A stretch of 64,000 bases of DNA from a virus (IMGVR_UViG_3300033121_000983:1-64000), one strand, 5' to 3'; shown: positions 9,704 through 19,834, counted from the first letter of the stretch. Translations and numbers: made by a program. The notes: generated from the letters alone by a model not told the origin.

Positions 9704-10227
9704 GGGATCTCGATGTGCTGCATAGTCCAGTCGAAAAAGCGCCGCCACCGGTACAGCCAGCGCTGGATGCGTGACATACTGGCGTAGTTCATCATCTCGG
9801 TTGATGCCGCCAACATGTCGCGCATCGGCGACGGTGACGGTTCTCCCTGTTTTGTGGCCTCGCGCACCGACTGCCAGTACACGAACGTCAGCGTCTGCGC
9901 GATCGCCGCGAGCACAGCGGCCTGTGCGGCAGGGTGCGCGTCGCTCCAGCCGGAAGCTTTCAACCCGTCGTAGATTTTCACGCCACCGGCTTCTGTTGGC
10001 GCGGTTTCGACGAACTCCACGTACGAGTTGTACGCAATTGCCAGTTGCTCTTCCGTAATGTTCTCACGCGCTAACCAGGCGGCAATTCCTGGACAGTGTC
10101 GGTCGCGTTCCTGCAGCTGCATCGGTACTTTTGCCGTCAGTAACGGCATCAAGTACAAAATGTCGCGCGCAGGTGCGTACATCGGCATGCCGCGCGCAGC
10201 ATGCGATTCGTGCCGGTATTGAAGCAT
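9697..10227 (-). CDS. Hypothetical protein
   Basis: ATG with GAGGA RBS; 176 aa. Confidence 0.7.
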   Translation of the reverse strand: MLQYRHESHAARGMPMYAPARDILYLMPLLTAKVPMQLQERDRHCPGIAAWLARENITEEQLAIAYNSYVEFVETAPTEAGGVKIYDGLKASGWSDAHPAAQAAVLAAIAQTLTFVYWQSVREATKQGEPSPSPMRDMLAASTEMMNYASMSRIQRWLYRWRRFFDWTMQHIEIPW

Positions 10228-10236
10228 CTCCGTTCC

Positions 10237-11004
10237 TCAGCTGGTATGTGCGCGCATGACGGTTTGCGACCACGGTTCAAGCACATCATAGTACTTGGAC
10301 TGAATTTCGTCACGCGTAGCGAAACTGCCGTCGCCGCACTCAGTCTGGATGGTTGTCGCTAACCCATCCGGAAGGTATTCCCACAGCTGCGCGGACAGCC
10401 GCACATGCAGGTGAAAGCCAAGGTGCACGCTGCCAACCGCGTCACTGCGCTGATCAATAATACCCAGCAGCGATGCCGCTTCGCTAGCGTCAGCCCAGCC
10501 ACGGGTTGCGGCATCGGCAGCCGCCCACATCCATTCCGGCAGCTCCTCGAATAGCTCGCGCAGCGCTGCGGCGGTCACGCTTTCGTAGATCGAGGCCAGG
10601 GCGCCTGCGCCGGCCGCTTCGTTTAACTGCGTAACGTCACGCAGGTTGACATGGCCGCCGATACCCACGGAGTAACGCCCCGACAACCGTCGCTCCGCAC
10701 CCTGGGTGCGCTGATAGAGCAGATAGGTGTCGGCCATCGGTCGGTTATCTGGTAGCCGCGGTTGCAGCGTGATGTAGGGCACGAGTTGGCGATACTGCGG
10801 GTCCGTCTCGCATAAGCCTCGCGGCAATGCGAGCAGCGGCAGATCTGCAGCGTCCGGCCAGCCGCCGACAATGCGCGGAACGCAGTAGTCAGCGCAGCGC
10901 ACGCTCGTGATGAGGTTTGACGCGTCGAGCTGCCGCTGCCAGTCTTCCTGGCGCACACACAGCACAAGCTCACGGTCTTTAGTTGTATTCGGAATAGGGG
11001 CCAT
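10237..11004 (-). CDS. NUDIX-family hydrolase (predicted phosphoesterase type)
   Basis: 'ETDPQYRQLVPY', 'ERRL..RYSVGIGGHVN', 'ALRELFEEL', 'VGSVHLG'. Confidence 0.85.
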   Translation of the reverse strand: MAPIPNTTKDRELVLCVRQEDWQRQLDASNLITSVRCADYCVPRIVGGWPDAADLPLLALPRGLCETDPQYRQLVPYITLQPRLPDNRPMADTYLLYQRTQGAERRLSGRYSVGIGGHVNLRDVTQLNEAAGAGALASIYESVTAAALRELFEELPEWMWAAADAATRGWADASEAASLLGIIDQRSDAVGSVHLGFHLHVRLSAQLWEYLPDGLATTIQTECGDGSFATRDEIQSKYYDVLEPWSQTVMRAHTS

Positions 11005-11847
11005 TCAGTCTTGTTCCTCGTCCTTATGTCGGCGGCATTCCACGCACATTGCGCGAAACCCTGGATCGAACCACGTATCGCGTCCACAGTGTCGACAGTG
11101 GTTACGCTTGTACGTCTTCATGTGCGTAGACACCGGGCAGTTATCGATGCCCACAGGACACACGCAACACTGGTGCTCGTACCCGTACGGGCACGTAAAC
11201 TTAACGCGCGCCCGGCGCAGCGTTAACGCGCGGTTATAACGCAATAACACAGGGGTCTCGCGTAACTGGCGAAATTGCGGCGTAGTGGTGCACAGTTCTG
11301 GCGTCAGTAGCGCCTCGAACCGCATCTGCGTCAACTCCGACCAGTGATTGAACGGGTAGCGAAACGGCGGCTTACGGGAAAACCCTAGCCGTGTGCGCAC
11401 CAACCCGAAGAACGACTGCGGCCAGTACGTTTCCAATCGCATCGGACAACACGAGCCCGTCATAGTCAGGCAACGCACGTTATAGCCGAGCTTGCCCGCG
11501 CCGCGACGCACGCGTCGAATGTCCTCGATTTCGCAGACCACCCACTCGTCGAACATCTGCCGCGTCCATGGTAATGCTGGACGTCCGGCGCGTAGTCGAG
11601 ATAGGTTACCCGCCAACCGCCAAGCCACGGGGTACCACAACGGCTTGCGCAGGACTTCGCCGCGAATGTCTTCAAGAGACGATCGGATCGTCAAATCGTC
11701 GCAGCCTTTAATCACCTCGGCAACCGCGCTGGCAAACTCAACATAGAGCTGCTCATTCAGCCGGCAACCCATGAACGCCAGCACCGACTGAGCCGTCGTC
11801 AGACGATTCAGCAGCTGCAGCGTTCGCGCAAGCACAGCCGAGCTCAT
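11005..11847 (-). CDS. Hypothetical protein with Cys-rich (Zn-finger) C-terminus
   Basis: CPYGYEHQCCVCP..C..H, CRHC and CVEC motifs. Confidence 0.7.
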   Translation of the reverse strand: MSSAVLARTLQLLNRLTTAQSVLAFMGCRLNEQLYVEFASAVAEVIKGCDDLTIRSSLEDIRGEVLRKPLWYPVAWRLAGNLSRLRAGRPALPWTRQMFDEWVVCEIEDIRRVRRGAGKLGYNVRCLTMTGSCCPMRLETYWPQSFFGLVRTRLGFSRKPPFRYPFNHWSELTQMRFEALLTPELCTTTPQFRQLRETPVLLRYNRALTLRRARVKFTCPYGYEHQCCVCPVGIDNCPVSTHMKTYKRNHCRHCGRDTWFDPGFRAMCVECRRHKDEEQD

Positions 11848-12269
11848 GTGGGCGTCGCAGCGCGAGCTGCGCTCGTCATGGCGTCAAGATAGCGCTGCAT
11901 ATCGCGCAAGCAGCGTTCGTGTTCCAGTCGTGTCCACTGCACGATCAGTAGCATAGTTTGCTGCAGCGCTGCTTTAGCAGCTTCCGGCGACGGCGAACTT
12001 TGCCGCGCTGCGTCAAGAATCGGGATTGCCACGTCGTAGGCTTTGTCGGGCTCGAGTGCGTCAGGCACTGTGATCCGCAGCATCACTGCGGCTTCGCGCA
12101 TCTCGATCACGTTGCGCACGTAGCTGCTGGCAGAGACCACGCGACGCAGCCTGTCGGCCGTCGTTAACATGCCGGCATAGGCGGTGTCATAGGCCATCGG
12201 CAGCGGCGTCGGAGCGTTGACGTCCGGTGCCGCGTTTGCGGGGTCATTGTGTTGCTGCACTCCGGTCAT
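11844..12269 (-). CDS. Hypothetical protein
   Basis: ATGA-coupled to the next gene; AAGGA upstream. Confidence 0.7.
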   Translation of the reverse strand: MTGVQQHNDPANAAPDVNAPTPLPMAYDTAYAGMLTTADRLRRVVSASSYVRNVIEMREAAVMLRITVPDALEPDKAYDVAIPILDAARQSSPSPEAAKAALQQTMLLIVQWTRLEHERCLRDMQRYLDAMTSAARAATPT

Positions 12270-12271
12270 CC

Positions 12272-12679
12272 TTACTTACCTTCCGTGATGAAAGCTCCCA
12301 CCCACCAGGTGGAATCGTGTGAACATTTGAGAATCGTAATTCCGCCAGCAACGATACCGTGCGCCGTTGCGTATTGCTGGCACCGGCGAGCCGCTGCACT
12401 TACCAGCAACTCGGTATCGGCATCGGGCATCGGCGTAGCTGTGCGCTGATCGACGTAGCGATACACCGGAACGGTGTATCGCCGCGCAGCAGCAGGTGTT
12501 GCGCCTTTACCGCCGTTCGTGCTCCAGCGCTCAGGGGTCTTATCGAGCGCCGTCAGTAGAATGTGTCGCTTTTTCCAGTCCCCCGGGTCGCGGTCAAAGA
12601 CGATGGCTGCTGGGACCATTAGATCCCCGGGGGCGAACTCTTTGACTTCAATCGGTAAAGCATTGTTGCCGTTCGGCAT
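12272..12679 (-). CDS. Hypothetical protein
   Basis: ATG 12679 after AGGAG. Confidence 0.7.
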   Translation of the reverse strand: MPNGNNALPIEVKEFAPGDLMVPAAIVFDRDPGDWKKRHILLTALDKTPERWSTNGGKGATPAAARRYTVPVYRYVDQRTATPMPDADTELLVSAAARRCQQYATAHGIVAGGITILKCSHDSTWWVGAFITEGK

Positions 12680-13484
12680 GTGTTGCTCCTGTGATAAGCG
12701 TATGTCGCGTGTCGAACGTATGGTCCGGCACGATAATCGGCTGTGTCGGATACCCATAGCCTAGCGGACGCGTATCCAAACCGCGACGCTGCGACCGGTC
12801 TTCACGTCCATCAAGACTGCAGTTCACGCGCACACCACGCGAAAACGCTCCCAGTTTGCCGCCGGCGTGCAACACACGTAGACCAAGCAGCGAGTCGCCG
12901 CCGTTGTGGTACAGCTCGGGGATCGGCCAATCCAGTTCCAGTAAGTACTGAAGTTCGGCTGTCCAGAACGAGCCCTGGACAAACTTTACAACGTCACGCC
13001 GATTATGCAGCGTGGCTGGTAGCTCGTCTCGATACCACGGCTGCGCGCGATACCACTCACGCTGTCCTGGCTGCACGTACCAATGATAGATCTTGCCGAC
13101 GACGTCTGCTTGCTGGCACGCAGCTGCCCAGGCTTCCCACCAACCCGGTGTGGCCTGCACGTAAGCATCGTCGTCAAACCAGATTGCTTTAACGTTTATC
13201 GAATGTGGCGCAGCTGCAGGCAGCCGCAGCAGGCGACGCATCATCGGGTACTTCCCGACATTGTCGGCCTGCAGCAACTGCACCGGCAGAGACGCGCGCA
13301 ACGCCCACGCATGCACTAGGTCACGCGTGGGCGTTGTCGCGGCGTTCAAACCACAACGGATCTCGACAATGCGATTACCGTCAGCGGCGAGTAGGTCAGA
13401 TAGCGATTGCAGTAAGCGTGCGGCGAGGGCTGTGTGATCACCGTACAGCAGGCAGACTGCAATCGCGTCAGGTGACGTGCTCAA
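12648..13484 (-). CDS. GT-A (GT2-like) glycosyltransferase
   Basis: 'GKYPMMR', 'IWFDDDAYV' (DxD), 'HNGGD'; clear paralog of the C-terminal domain of 46008-47846. Start (TTG 13484) is inferred. Confidence 0.75.
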   Translation of the reverse strand: MSTSPDAIAVCLLYGDHTALAARLLQSLSDLLAADGNRIVEIRCGLNAATTPTRDLVHAWALRASLPVQLLQADNVGKYPMMRRLLRLPAAAPHSINVKAIWFDDDAYVQATPGWWEAWAAACQQADVVGKIYHWYVQPGQREWYRAQPWYRDELPATLHNRRDVVKFVQGSFWTAELQYLLELDWPIPELYHNGGDSLLGLRVLHAGGKLGAFSRGVRVNCSLDGREDRSQRRGLDTRPLGYGYPTQPIIVPDHTFDTRHTLITGATHAERQQCFTD

Positions 13485-13485
13485 G

Positions 13486-14472
13486 TTAGGCGGGAACTCG
13501 GCTGCGCTTCTTGCGCGCCTTCTTCGGCTTCGATTTCGCTTTCTGTGCCTTGGGTGCTGGCACTTCGTCGAGATCTTCGGCGTCATCGGCGTCGTCAGCG
13601 TCGAGTTCGTCGCCGTCGTCATCTTCCGCTTCTTCGTCTTCCGACGCCTCGGCATCCAGCGCTTCGTCGCCGTCGGACGTGCCTTCGCCGCGCGCTTCCA
13701 GGACTTCGCTGGCCTTTTCGATCAGCGAAGCCAGGCTCTCCCCGTAAGTCTGCAGCAGTGTGACAACTTCGTCGAGCGCTGAGTACGTGGTCTGCATGAT
13801 CTCCGCCAGCTCCGGCGTCACAGCATCTTCTTCCACTTCGGCCAGCGGGTTGAGCACGTAATCGGTGACGATCGCTTCCCGGCTCTGAATCTGTCGCAAC
13901 TGTTGCGTCAGCTGCTGCAGCCCTGCAATCGGCGATCGCGGCGGCGCAGCGCTACGTCCGCCGTTGCTCTGCTTACCGCCGCCCAGCGCACGTGCGACTT
14001 CGCGGGTCAGCTCGCGCACGCCCAGCCCGTCGACGACGACGGCGTTTTCCAGTGCCGCACGCTTCTTCAGCAGCCGCGCGTTACCGCTCAGCCGTGCCAG
14101 CTGTCGGACGTGGTTGAACGTCAGCCGCACGGTGTTACCGGCCGTCTTCAGCAACCCGGCCAGGTGCTTGCGTTCGTAGGACGCGGCGATGAAGCGGCAG
14201 TGCTGCAGATCCTGCTCGCACGACGGATTGCCGTACCAGACGATTGCGAGCTGACGCACGGCAGCAGTGCCGTAGCGACGCTCGTTGTTGGTCGCCTGCA
14301 TCACCAATGCGCCAATGTCGTACTTGTCGAGAACGGCGTCGGCTTCTTTCTTGACCAGCGCCATGCCCTTATCGGCGAGCTGTTGCAGCTCGACCGGCAT
14401 CGCTTCCCTGGTTTCAGCGACCAACGAGGCAGCTTCAGCTGCCGTACTACCAGACTTCGCTTTCTTAACCAT
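13486..14472 (-). CDS. DUF1016-N/YhcG-N-like helical DNA-binding protein with acidic+basic tail
   Basis: 'YDIG...RYG..AVRQLA', 'LTFNHVRQL', 'GVRELTREV'; GGAAGGA RBS. Confidence 0.6.
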   Translation of the reverse strand: MVKKAKSGSTAAEAASLVAETREAMPVELQQLADKGMALVKKEADAVLDKYDIGALVMQATNNERRYGTAAVRQLAIVWYGNPSCEQDLQHCRFIAASYERKHLAGLLKTAGNTVRLTFNHVRQLARLSGNARLLKKRAALENAVVVDGLGVRELTREVARALGGGKQSNGGRSAAPPRSPIAGLQQLTQQLRQIQSREAIVTDYVLNPLAEVEEDAVTPELAEIMQTTYSALDEVVTLLQTYGESLASLIEKASEVLEARGEGTSDGDEALDAEASEDEEAEDDDGDELDADDADDAEDLDEVPAPKAQKAKSKPKKARKKRSRVPA

Positions 14473-15595
14473 GTTTGTTGTTCCTTCCAGAAAACAGAAC
14501 TTGATTCGATCCCAGCAGCATTGCGTTGGCAGCATACGCCAGCCGCCAACGATAGGTGTCGCAACACTGCCGGCCCTGCACACGTAGCAGAGCGTTTAAC
14601 AAGTCGAAGCGTCGTGTTCCGGCCACAGCCGGCCACTGCGCCGTAGACGTAACGGGAAGCTTCCGCAGATGCGCGGGAGCGTTTGTATCGAGCTGCCGTA
14701 GTAAGCTGCGCTCTAGTAACTCGGTCACAAGCGTTTCCGGCAGTTTCGTGCGTAATTGGTAGGCTAGGCGTCGCGCGCGCTGCGAATATTCTCGCGGCGT
14801 ACCAACACCCGCGAACAGCGGTGTTGTTGCTAGTCGAGCCAGCGTGACGTTGATTCGCCGCGGGTCCCGATCTTCCATCTGACGTAGCGCGCGTAAGGCA
14901 ATTTTCACGTATTCGTTTGCGGTGTGCTGTCTCGGCTGCGCGTCAGTCAACGCAGTCAATCCGTACGCCGCAAATCCCAGCGATGTTGGTGACGCTCGCA
15001 GTATAGCGGTGCCACCGCGCGTGTAGTAGTGTCCGCAGTCGCTGACGCGAAAAATTCTACCAGCTACCAGTCGGTGCGTGCGTCCACGCACGTCACGGAC
15101 TTCGTAAGTTGGCGAACGACGGCGCGTAAACCACAGCGTAAGCTCGCGCGCGCCGTAGGTGGCGAAACGCAGTTCCCAGCTTTTGACCGCTAACGCGGCG
15201 GCGAGATTTGCCGCAAATGGGTAGTCGACCAACGGTTGCCGGCGCCAGCCGACGATTTGCTCAGTCTGGCTGTCAATCAGCAGCGAGCGGCCACGGAACC
15301 TGCTGAAACTGGCCGACACCGCCAGGTTGAAAATGCGCGAAGCCAGCCGCGCGCCTTCGACGAGATCCTTATGCGTGCGCAGACTGCTTACAAGTGTGCC
15401 CAGCCCGCCGCAGGTCTCGCGACACACCGTTTGTAGGGCTTCGCGCGAATAACTCAACTGCTCCGGCGTCCGCCACTGCGTGTCTACCAGCAACTGTTCG
15501 ACACGCAGCAGCGGCTGCGTGCGCAGCGGCGCAATATCAGCGAGCCGCGCTTGCAGCTCTTCGATATCCGCCGCTGCGTACAGCCTCAACGCCAC
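14465..15595 (-). CDS. Hypothetical protein (weak DUF932-like)
   Basis: 376 aa; 'AGRIFRVSDCG...ILR' loosely resembles DUF932. Confidence 0.55.
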   Translation of the reverse strand: MALRLYAAADIEELQARLADIAPLRTQPLLRVEQLLVDTQWRTPEQLSYSREALQTVCRETCGGLGTLVSSLRTHKDLVEGARLASRIFNLAVSASFSRFRGRSLLIDSQTEQIVGWRRQPLVDYPFAANLAAALAVKSWELRFATYGARELTLWFTRRRSPTYEVRDVRGRTHRLVAGRIFRVSDCGHYYTRGGTAILRASPTSLGFAAYGLTALTDAQPRQHTANEYVKIALRALRQMEDRDPRRINVTLARLATTPLFAGVGTPREYSQRARRLAYQLRTKLPETLVTELLERSLLRQLDTNAPAHLRKLPVTSTAQWPAVAGTRRFDLLNALLRVQGRQCCDTYRWRLAYAANAMLLGSNQVLFSGRNNKHG

Positions 15596-16248
15596 GCCTG
15601 ATCTCCATACTGCGCAATCAGGCGCTCTGTGAAACTCGCGTACGACTCCAACACCAGACAGGGTGGGTCCAATTTTACGTGCGGCGGTAACTGCGAATCG
15701 TCGGCACGCCAGATAATGCGCGTGCCGGGCGTCTCGTCATCACCGTAGGTCATGGCATGCAGCACGCAGGCACGGACAGAGTTCGCGCGGCGCGCCTTGG
15801 AGATTGCGTCAACCTCGGTTGCCAGATCCGGCATCGAGAAAACCAACGCAAGTTCGTAGCCTTCGTCGACCATGTGTTGATAGTCGTGCAGGAATCGGTA
15901 GTAGCGACGCGCGACGGGTGTTTGCCCGAAACGCGTCAACAGTTTGGCTGCCGTCAGCTTCTTGCGTGCGTTCGGCAGCCGGTACACCTCGAAGATCACT
16001 GGAAAGCGCGGATAGCGCTGGTGGAACGCGCTGAACATCAGCTGATTCTGCTCAACGGCGTGGGACATTTCCCGCACCGCCGCCTTATCTGCGTTCAAGC
16101 GCAGCCGCGTCATCAGCCGATCAACTGCTTGGTGTTCGAGCGCGTTTTCGGCGTACAGTTCCTGCTGGCTTTGCACCAGCCGCACTGCGGCTAGCGCGTG
16201 GTCCAGCACTGGATCCGACTTCGACTTCCTGGGTTTCGATGGCGGCAT
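15586..16248 (-). CDS. Hypothetical protein
   Basis: ATG with GGAG RBS; overlaps the 3' end of recA. Confidence 0.7.
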   Translation of the reverse strand: MPPSKPRKSKSDPVLDHALAAVRLVQSQQELYAENALEHQAVDRLMTRLRLNADKAAVREMSHAVEQNQLMFSAFHQRYPRFPVIFEVYRLPNARKKLTAAKLLTRFGQTPVARRYYRFLHDYQHMVDEGYELALVFSMPDLATEVDAISKARRANSVRACVLHAMTYGDDETPGTRIIWRADDSQLPPHVKLDPPCLVLESYASFTERLIAQYGDQAWR

Positions 16249-17506
16249 CCGTTTTCTCCAGTTCCTCGTCGATCAACGCCCGGGCAGTTGCCTGTTGTTT
16301 CGCGTAGCCGATGCGCGAATCCAACACTGGGCGCATTTTAATGCCGAACACCTGCCGCAACTCGCGCAGCACTTCCGTGTTACGCTGGATGGCTTTGCCG
16401 AAGGCCTGCGCGGACACAGGTGCGTCCTTCGAAATACGTAACCGCTTCGACCAGAATTTGCCGCCTTTCGCCGTACGCACGTCGATCACCTCGCGCACAG
16501 CGGTGCGCCGCACCAGCTTGTCGTTAATCAGCAGTTTGGTCGTGGCTGTATACCAGTCCCATACCGTGCGCTGTCGCGACACCGGCTTTTTGCCGGCTTG
16601 CGCGTCGATAGCCGGGGCAGTCCACCATCGAATAGGCGCGACGATCGAACGATCAGGACTTCCGAGCGCGTTCTTCCGCACGCGAAGCTTGACGTCCAGA
16701 CCTTCCTTGTCGACCTGCTCGACGTGACCAATGCGCGTAAACTCGATCTCCAGCGACTCCTGGAACGCCACGTGTTTACCGCCGGGCGTGTGTCGAATCG
16801 GCTGCGGTCCGTTAGGATTTTCCTGCAATTTCAGATGGTTGATAATCACCATCGAAATTGGATAGTGGTCCAGTACGCGCTGCAGCCGCTTCATGAACTT
16901 CGTAATCGAGCCCGCCTCGGCAGGGTGGGCTGCGCTGGCGAAACCAGCTTTGTCGATCCGATCGTCGCTAGCGGTCAGATTTTTAGCCGTCAGCGAGTCG
17001 ATCACTTCTAACACCGGCCAGGTGCGACCAGTGCCACGTTCGCGTTTACCTTTGCCGTCCATGATTTCCCGGATTGTGCGCAACGTCAGCGTTACGTGCT
17101 GCTGCCACGCATCCATGGAATCACACGGATCGCGCACGAACGCCGTATCTGCGCCCCAGCCGATCACGGAGCGACAGAGCGTTTCCGAGAACTTGCCTTC
17201 GACTTCGTGATACCACGTAGCGCCCGAGTGCTCGCGAAAAATTCGCGACAACTCGAACGCGAACGCGGATTTCATCGACGACTGCAGCCCGTTCAACTGC
17301 ACCACGCGGCCGAGCGGCCAGATGTTAGTGTCGAGCAAGTACTCGAGACTGAGCGCTGGTAGCGCCACGCCGATGCACGCACCGCCGTGCTCAATCGTGT
17401 TAATGCGCCGGTCATCGAAGTGCGTCTGAAACAGCTGCACTGACTGGCGCACAGCCGCGCTGACTGTGTCACGCAGCGGTTCGATAGATGCTTGACGCCT
17501 TGGCAT
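16121..17506 (-). CDS. recA: RecA/UvsX-like recombinase
   Basis: 'WPLGRVVQLNGLQSSMKS', 'EVEG', 'VIDSL', 'IINHLK', 'TPGG', 'VRKN'. Confidence 0.9.
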   Translation of the reverse strand: MPRRQASIEPLRDTVSAAVRQSVQLFQTHFDDRRINTIEHGGACIGVALPALSLEYLLDTNIWPLGRVVQLNGLQSSMKSAFAFELSRIFREHSGATWYHEVEGKFSETLCRSVIGWGADTAFVRDPCDSMDAWQQHVTLTLRTIREIMDGKGKRERGTGRTWPVLEVIDSLTAKNLTASDDRIDKAGFASAAHPAEAGSITKFMKRLQRVLDHYPISMVIINHLKLQENPNGPQPIRHTPGGKHVAFQESLEIEFTRIGHVEQVDKEGLDVKLRVRKNALGSPDRSIVAPIRWWTAPAIDAQAGKKPVSRQRTVWDWYTATTKLLINDKLVRRTAVREVIDVRTAKGGKFWSKRLRISKDAPVSAQAFGKAIQRNTEVLRELRQVFGIKMRPVLDSRIGYAKQQATARALIDEELEKTDAAIETQEVEVGSSAGPRASRSAAGAKPAGTVRRKRARTPSS

Positions 17507-17523
17507 GCTTATCCCTATCAAGA

Positions 17524-17562
17524 CTGCGCGAGAGGTAGCGAAAATCACTACCTCTCGCGCAG
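17524..17562. terminator. Strong hairpin between the SSB-like gene and recA
   Basis: 15-bp stem CTGCGCGAGAGGTAG/CTACCTCTCGCGCAG; weak U tract. Confidence 0.55.
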
Positions 17563-17594
17563 CGGTTAGAACTCAGTACCGCCTGCGGGCGTTA

Positions 17595-19742
17595 CTACTT
17601 CTTGCCGGGCTTGCGCTTCTTGGCAGGCGCCGGCTTGCGCTGTGCGCTTCGGGCGTTTGCCGCAGCGACTGCGGGGTTAGCCTTCGGCAACTTCGCGGCT
17701 TCGTGCGCGGGCGGTCCCTTCTTACCCAACTTTTTGCTGGGCTTCTTCGGGGCCGGCGCTTCTTCTTCGTCTTCGTCGTCATCGTCTTCTTCGACGGGCG
17801 GCGCCTTCTTACCAGGCTTCTTCACCGGCGTCTGACCCAGCTTTTTGCCGGGCTTCTTAGGCGCGGGTGCCTCTTCTTCTTCATCCTCCTCGTCGTCTTC
17901 TTCGACGGGCGGCGCCTTCTTGCCCGGCTTCTTCACCGGCTTCTTGCCCGGCTTCTTGCTGGGCTTCTTCGGAGCCGGCTCTTCTTCTTCGTCGTCTTCC
18001 TCTTCTTCTTCATCCTCCTCGTCGTCTTCTTCGACGGGCGGCTTTTTGCCCGGCTTCTTCACCGGCTTCCTGGGCGCGGGTTCTTCTTCGCCGCCTTCTT
18101 CGTAGTCGTCGTCTTCGTCGACCTCGGCATCATCGTCGTCTTCGTCTTCGCCGTCGTCGTCTTCGGCGTCATCGTCATCGTCTTCGCCGTCGTCGTCTTC
18201 GTAGTCGTCTTCGTCGTCGTCTTCGGCGTCGTCATCTTCAACACCGTCGTCGTCTTCGTCGTAGTCGTCGTCATCGTCTTCTTCGACGGGCGGCGCCTTC
18301 TTGCCGGGCTTCTTACCGGACTTCTTCTTCGGTGGAGCGGCGTCTTCGTCGTCCTCTTCTTCAACGTCGGCCGCATCGAGCAGATCGTCGTCGTCGAGAT
18401 CTTCATCCACCACCGCGCGCCCCTGCTTCTTCGCCATGTCTGCCGTTCCTCGAATCGTCTTGTTCTTGCGCGACGCTGAACCACTCAGCGCCGAATCAGC
18501 CCACTCTTCCAACTCTGCGTTCATGTCGTCACCGCGTTCGACGTCCGCGGGCACAGCCAGCGACTTCGCTTTAACGAAGATCTTGCGAACTTCCTTTGTG
18601 TAGTACTCAGGATGATCGCGCCACGCCCACTTAACGGCGTCACCGTGATGCGGGAAAGCACGCGCAATCCACGCGCACAATTCCTCATGTTCGGGCACGC
18701 GCAGCAACCGATTGAACGGCTGAATGCGTGCCATAATGCCTGCGCGCTGTTCTTCCGGAATTTCCGGCGAATAACGCGCTGACTCCTTACCGGTCGCGTC
18801 TGGCAGACCTTTTGTGATGATCGGCTGGTAAGACATACCGCCGCCACCACCGCCAGTCGACGCTTTTGCATCGACCCGCTGCGTTGGCTTCGTATTCCAC
18901 GACACCCCGGCGGTGTCGTCGTCATCATTGGCTGCGGCTGCGCCTTCGTTTGCCTTGGGGCTAATGAAGGTGAAGAACCGGCCAGCTTTCAACGACGTCG
19001 GGTCGCCGTACTTCATCGACTTGCTGAACTTCATCGGATCACCGGTGTAATCCTCTGTCTGCTCGTCGAGCAGTTTAATCAGCGCGCGCATCGGCATTGT
19101 GCCGCAGTAGAACAGCGGGATTCCGCTGTCGGGATCGGCTCCCATTGGCGGCATGCCGCGGCGCACGTTCTGCTTGTCACCATCGCGGTAACACAGCGCG
19201 CGCATAAACAGCAGCTCTTCCTCGCGTTTCATCCGCCCGTTTTCGAGCAGATAGTACCACGAGGCGTTCGGCCACGTATTGTCCTTCTTGCCCAGGTACA
19301 ACTGTGCCTGCAGCAAGACGTATGGGTTGAGATCGTGCTGATAGTCGTTTCCGACCAAGCTGCGATCGTACAGGATGCACGTCAACGGCGTGCAGTCGGG
19401 ATCGTGATCCCCGTTCGGTGCGGCCGCGTATGCCACGCCGGGATAGGAACGTAGCCAATCTGTAAAGTCGCCAGCTGCAGTGCTGTAGCGCCCGGGCAGC
19501 ACGCGGCCCGGCCGCTCAGGGTCTGGCGCTGGCAGCGGGCGAATAGTCACAGGACTATCGCCGTGCTTCCACTTCGGTCGCACAATCTGGACGCCGGTCA
19601 CTTCCGGCAGCAGCAGGTACTTCGCCGGTCCGCGCGACTCGCGCCCTGACGCACGTCCGTGCGTCCGGAACGAGTAACTGGACCCCCGCGTGACGCCTGT
19701 TGAGCCATCTCCGCGGATTGTTCGATCACTGCTCATGCTCAT
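17595..19742 (-). CDS. Putative ssDNA-binding protein with very long acidic/Lys-Pro tail
   Basis: Located between pol and recA; gp32-like 'TIRPLP'; acidic C-terminal region. Confidence 0.5.
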   Translation of the reverse strand: MSMSSDRTIRGDGSTGVTRGSSYSFRTHGRASGRESRGPAKYLLLPEVTGVQIVRPKWKHGDSPVTIRPLPAPDPERPGRVLPGRYSTAAGDFTDWLRSYPGVAYAAAPNGDHDPDCTPLTCILYDRSLVGNDYQHDLNPYVLLQAQLYLGKKDNTWPNASWYYLLENGRMKREEELLFMRALCYRDGDKQNVRRGMPPMGADPDSGIPLFYCGTMPMRALIKLLDEQTEDYTGDPMKFSKSMKYGDPTSLKAGRFFTFISPKANEGAAAANDDDDTAGVSWNTKPTQRVDAKASTGGGGGGMSYQPIITKGLPDATGKESARYSPEIPEEQRAGIMARIQPFNRLLRVPEHEELCAWIARAFPHHGDAVKWAWRDHPEYYTKEVRKIFVKAKSLAVPADVERGDDMNAELEEWADSALSGSASRKNKTIRGTADMAKKQGRAVVDEDLDDDDLLDAADVEEEDDEDAAPPKKKSGKKPGKKAPPVEEDDDDDYDEDDDGVEDDDAEDDDEDDYEDDDGEDDDDDAEDDDGEDEDDDDAEVDEDDDYEEGGEEEPAPRKPVKKPGKKPPVEEDDEEDEEEEEDDEEEEPAPKKPSKKPGKKPVKKPGKKAPPVEEDDEEDEEEEAPAPKKPGKKLGQTPVKKPGKKAPPVEEDDDDEDEEEAPAPKKPSKKLGKKGPPAHEAAKLPKANPAVAAANARSAQRKPAPAKKRKPGKK
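17730..18400 (-). repeat. Degenerate coding repeats (KKPGKKAPPVEEDDEEDEEEE) and D/E tract
   Basis: Four PPVEEDD units alternating with KKPxKK units. Confidence 0.9.
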
Positions 19743-19834
19743 CTTTCTGCCGCATAGCGGCGTTACTGTCCGTCAGTTGTCAGCACGAACCCTACCGTGT
19801 GCACGTGCTGATTTTCAAGTCAGCGAAACATCAA

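Noticed and set aside
13485-13655. N-terminal extension of the GT ORF given in the ORF track (similarly 41913-42011, 32717-32803, 49046-49138)
   Set aside because: These overlap neighbouring genes; downstream starts with an RBS or translational coupling fit better.
17730-18400. Repeat region as a CRISPR array
   Set aside because: In-frame low-complexity coding repeats; no constant repeat/unique spacer pattern and no cas genes.
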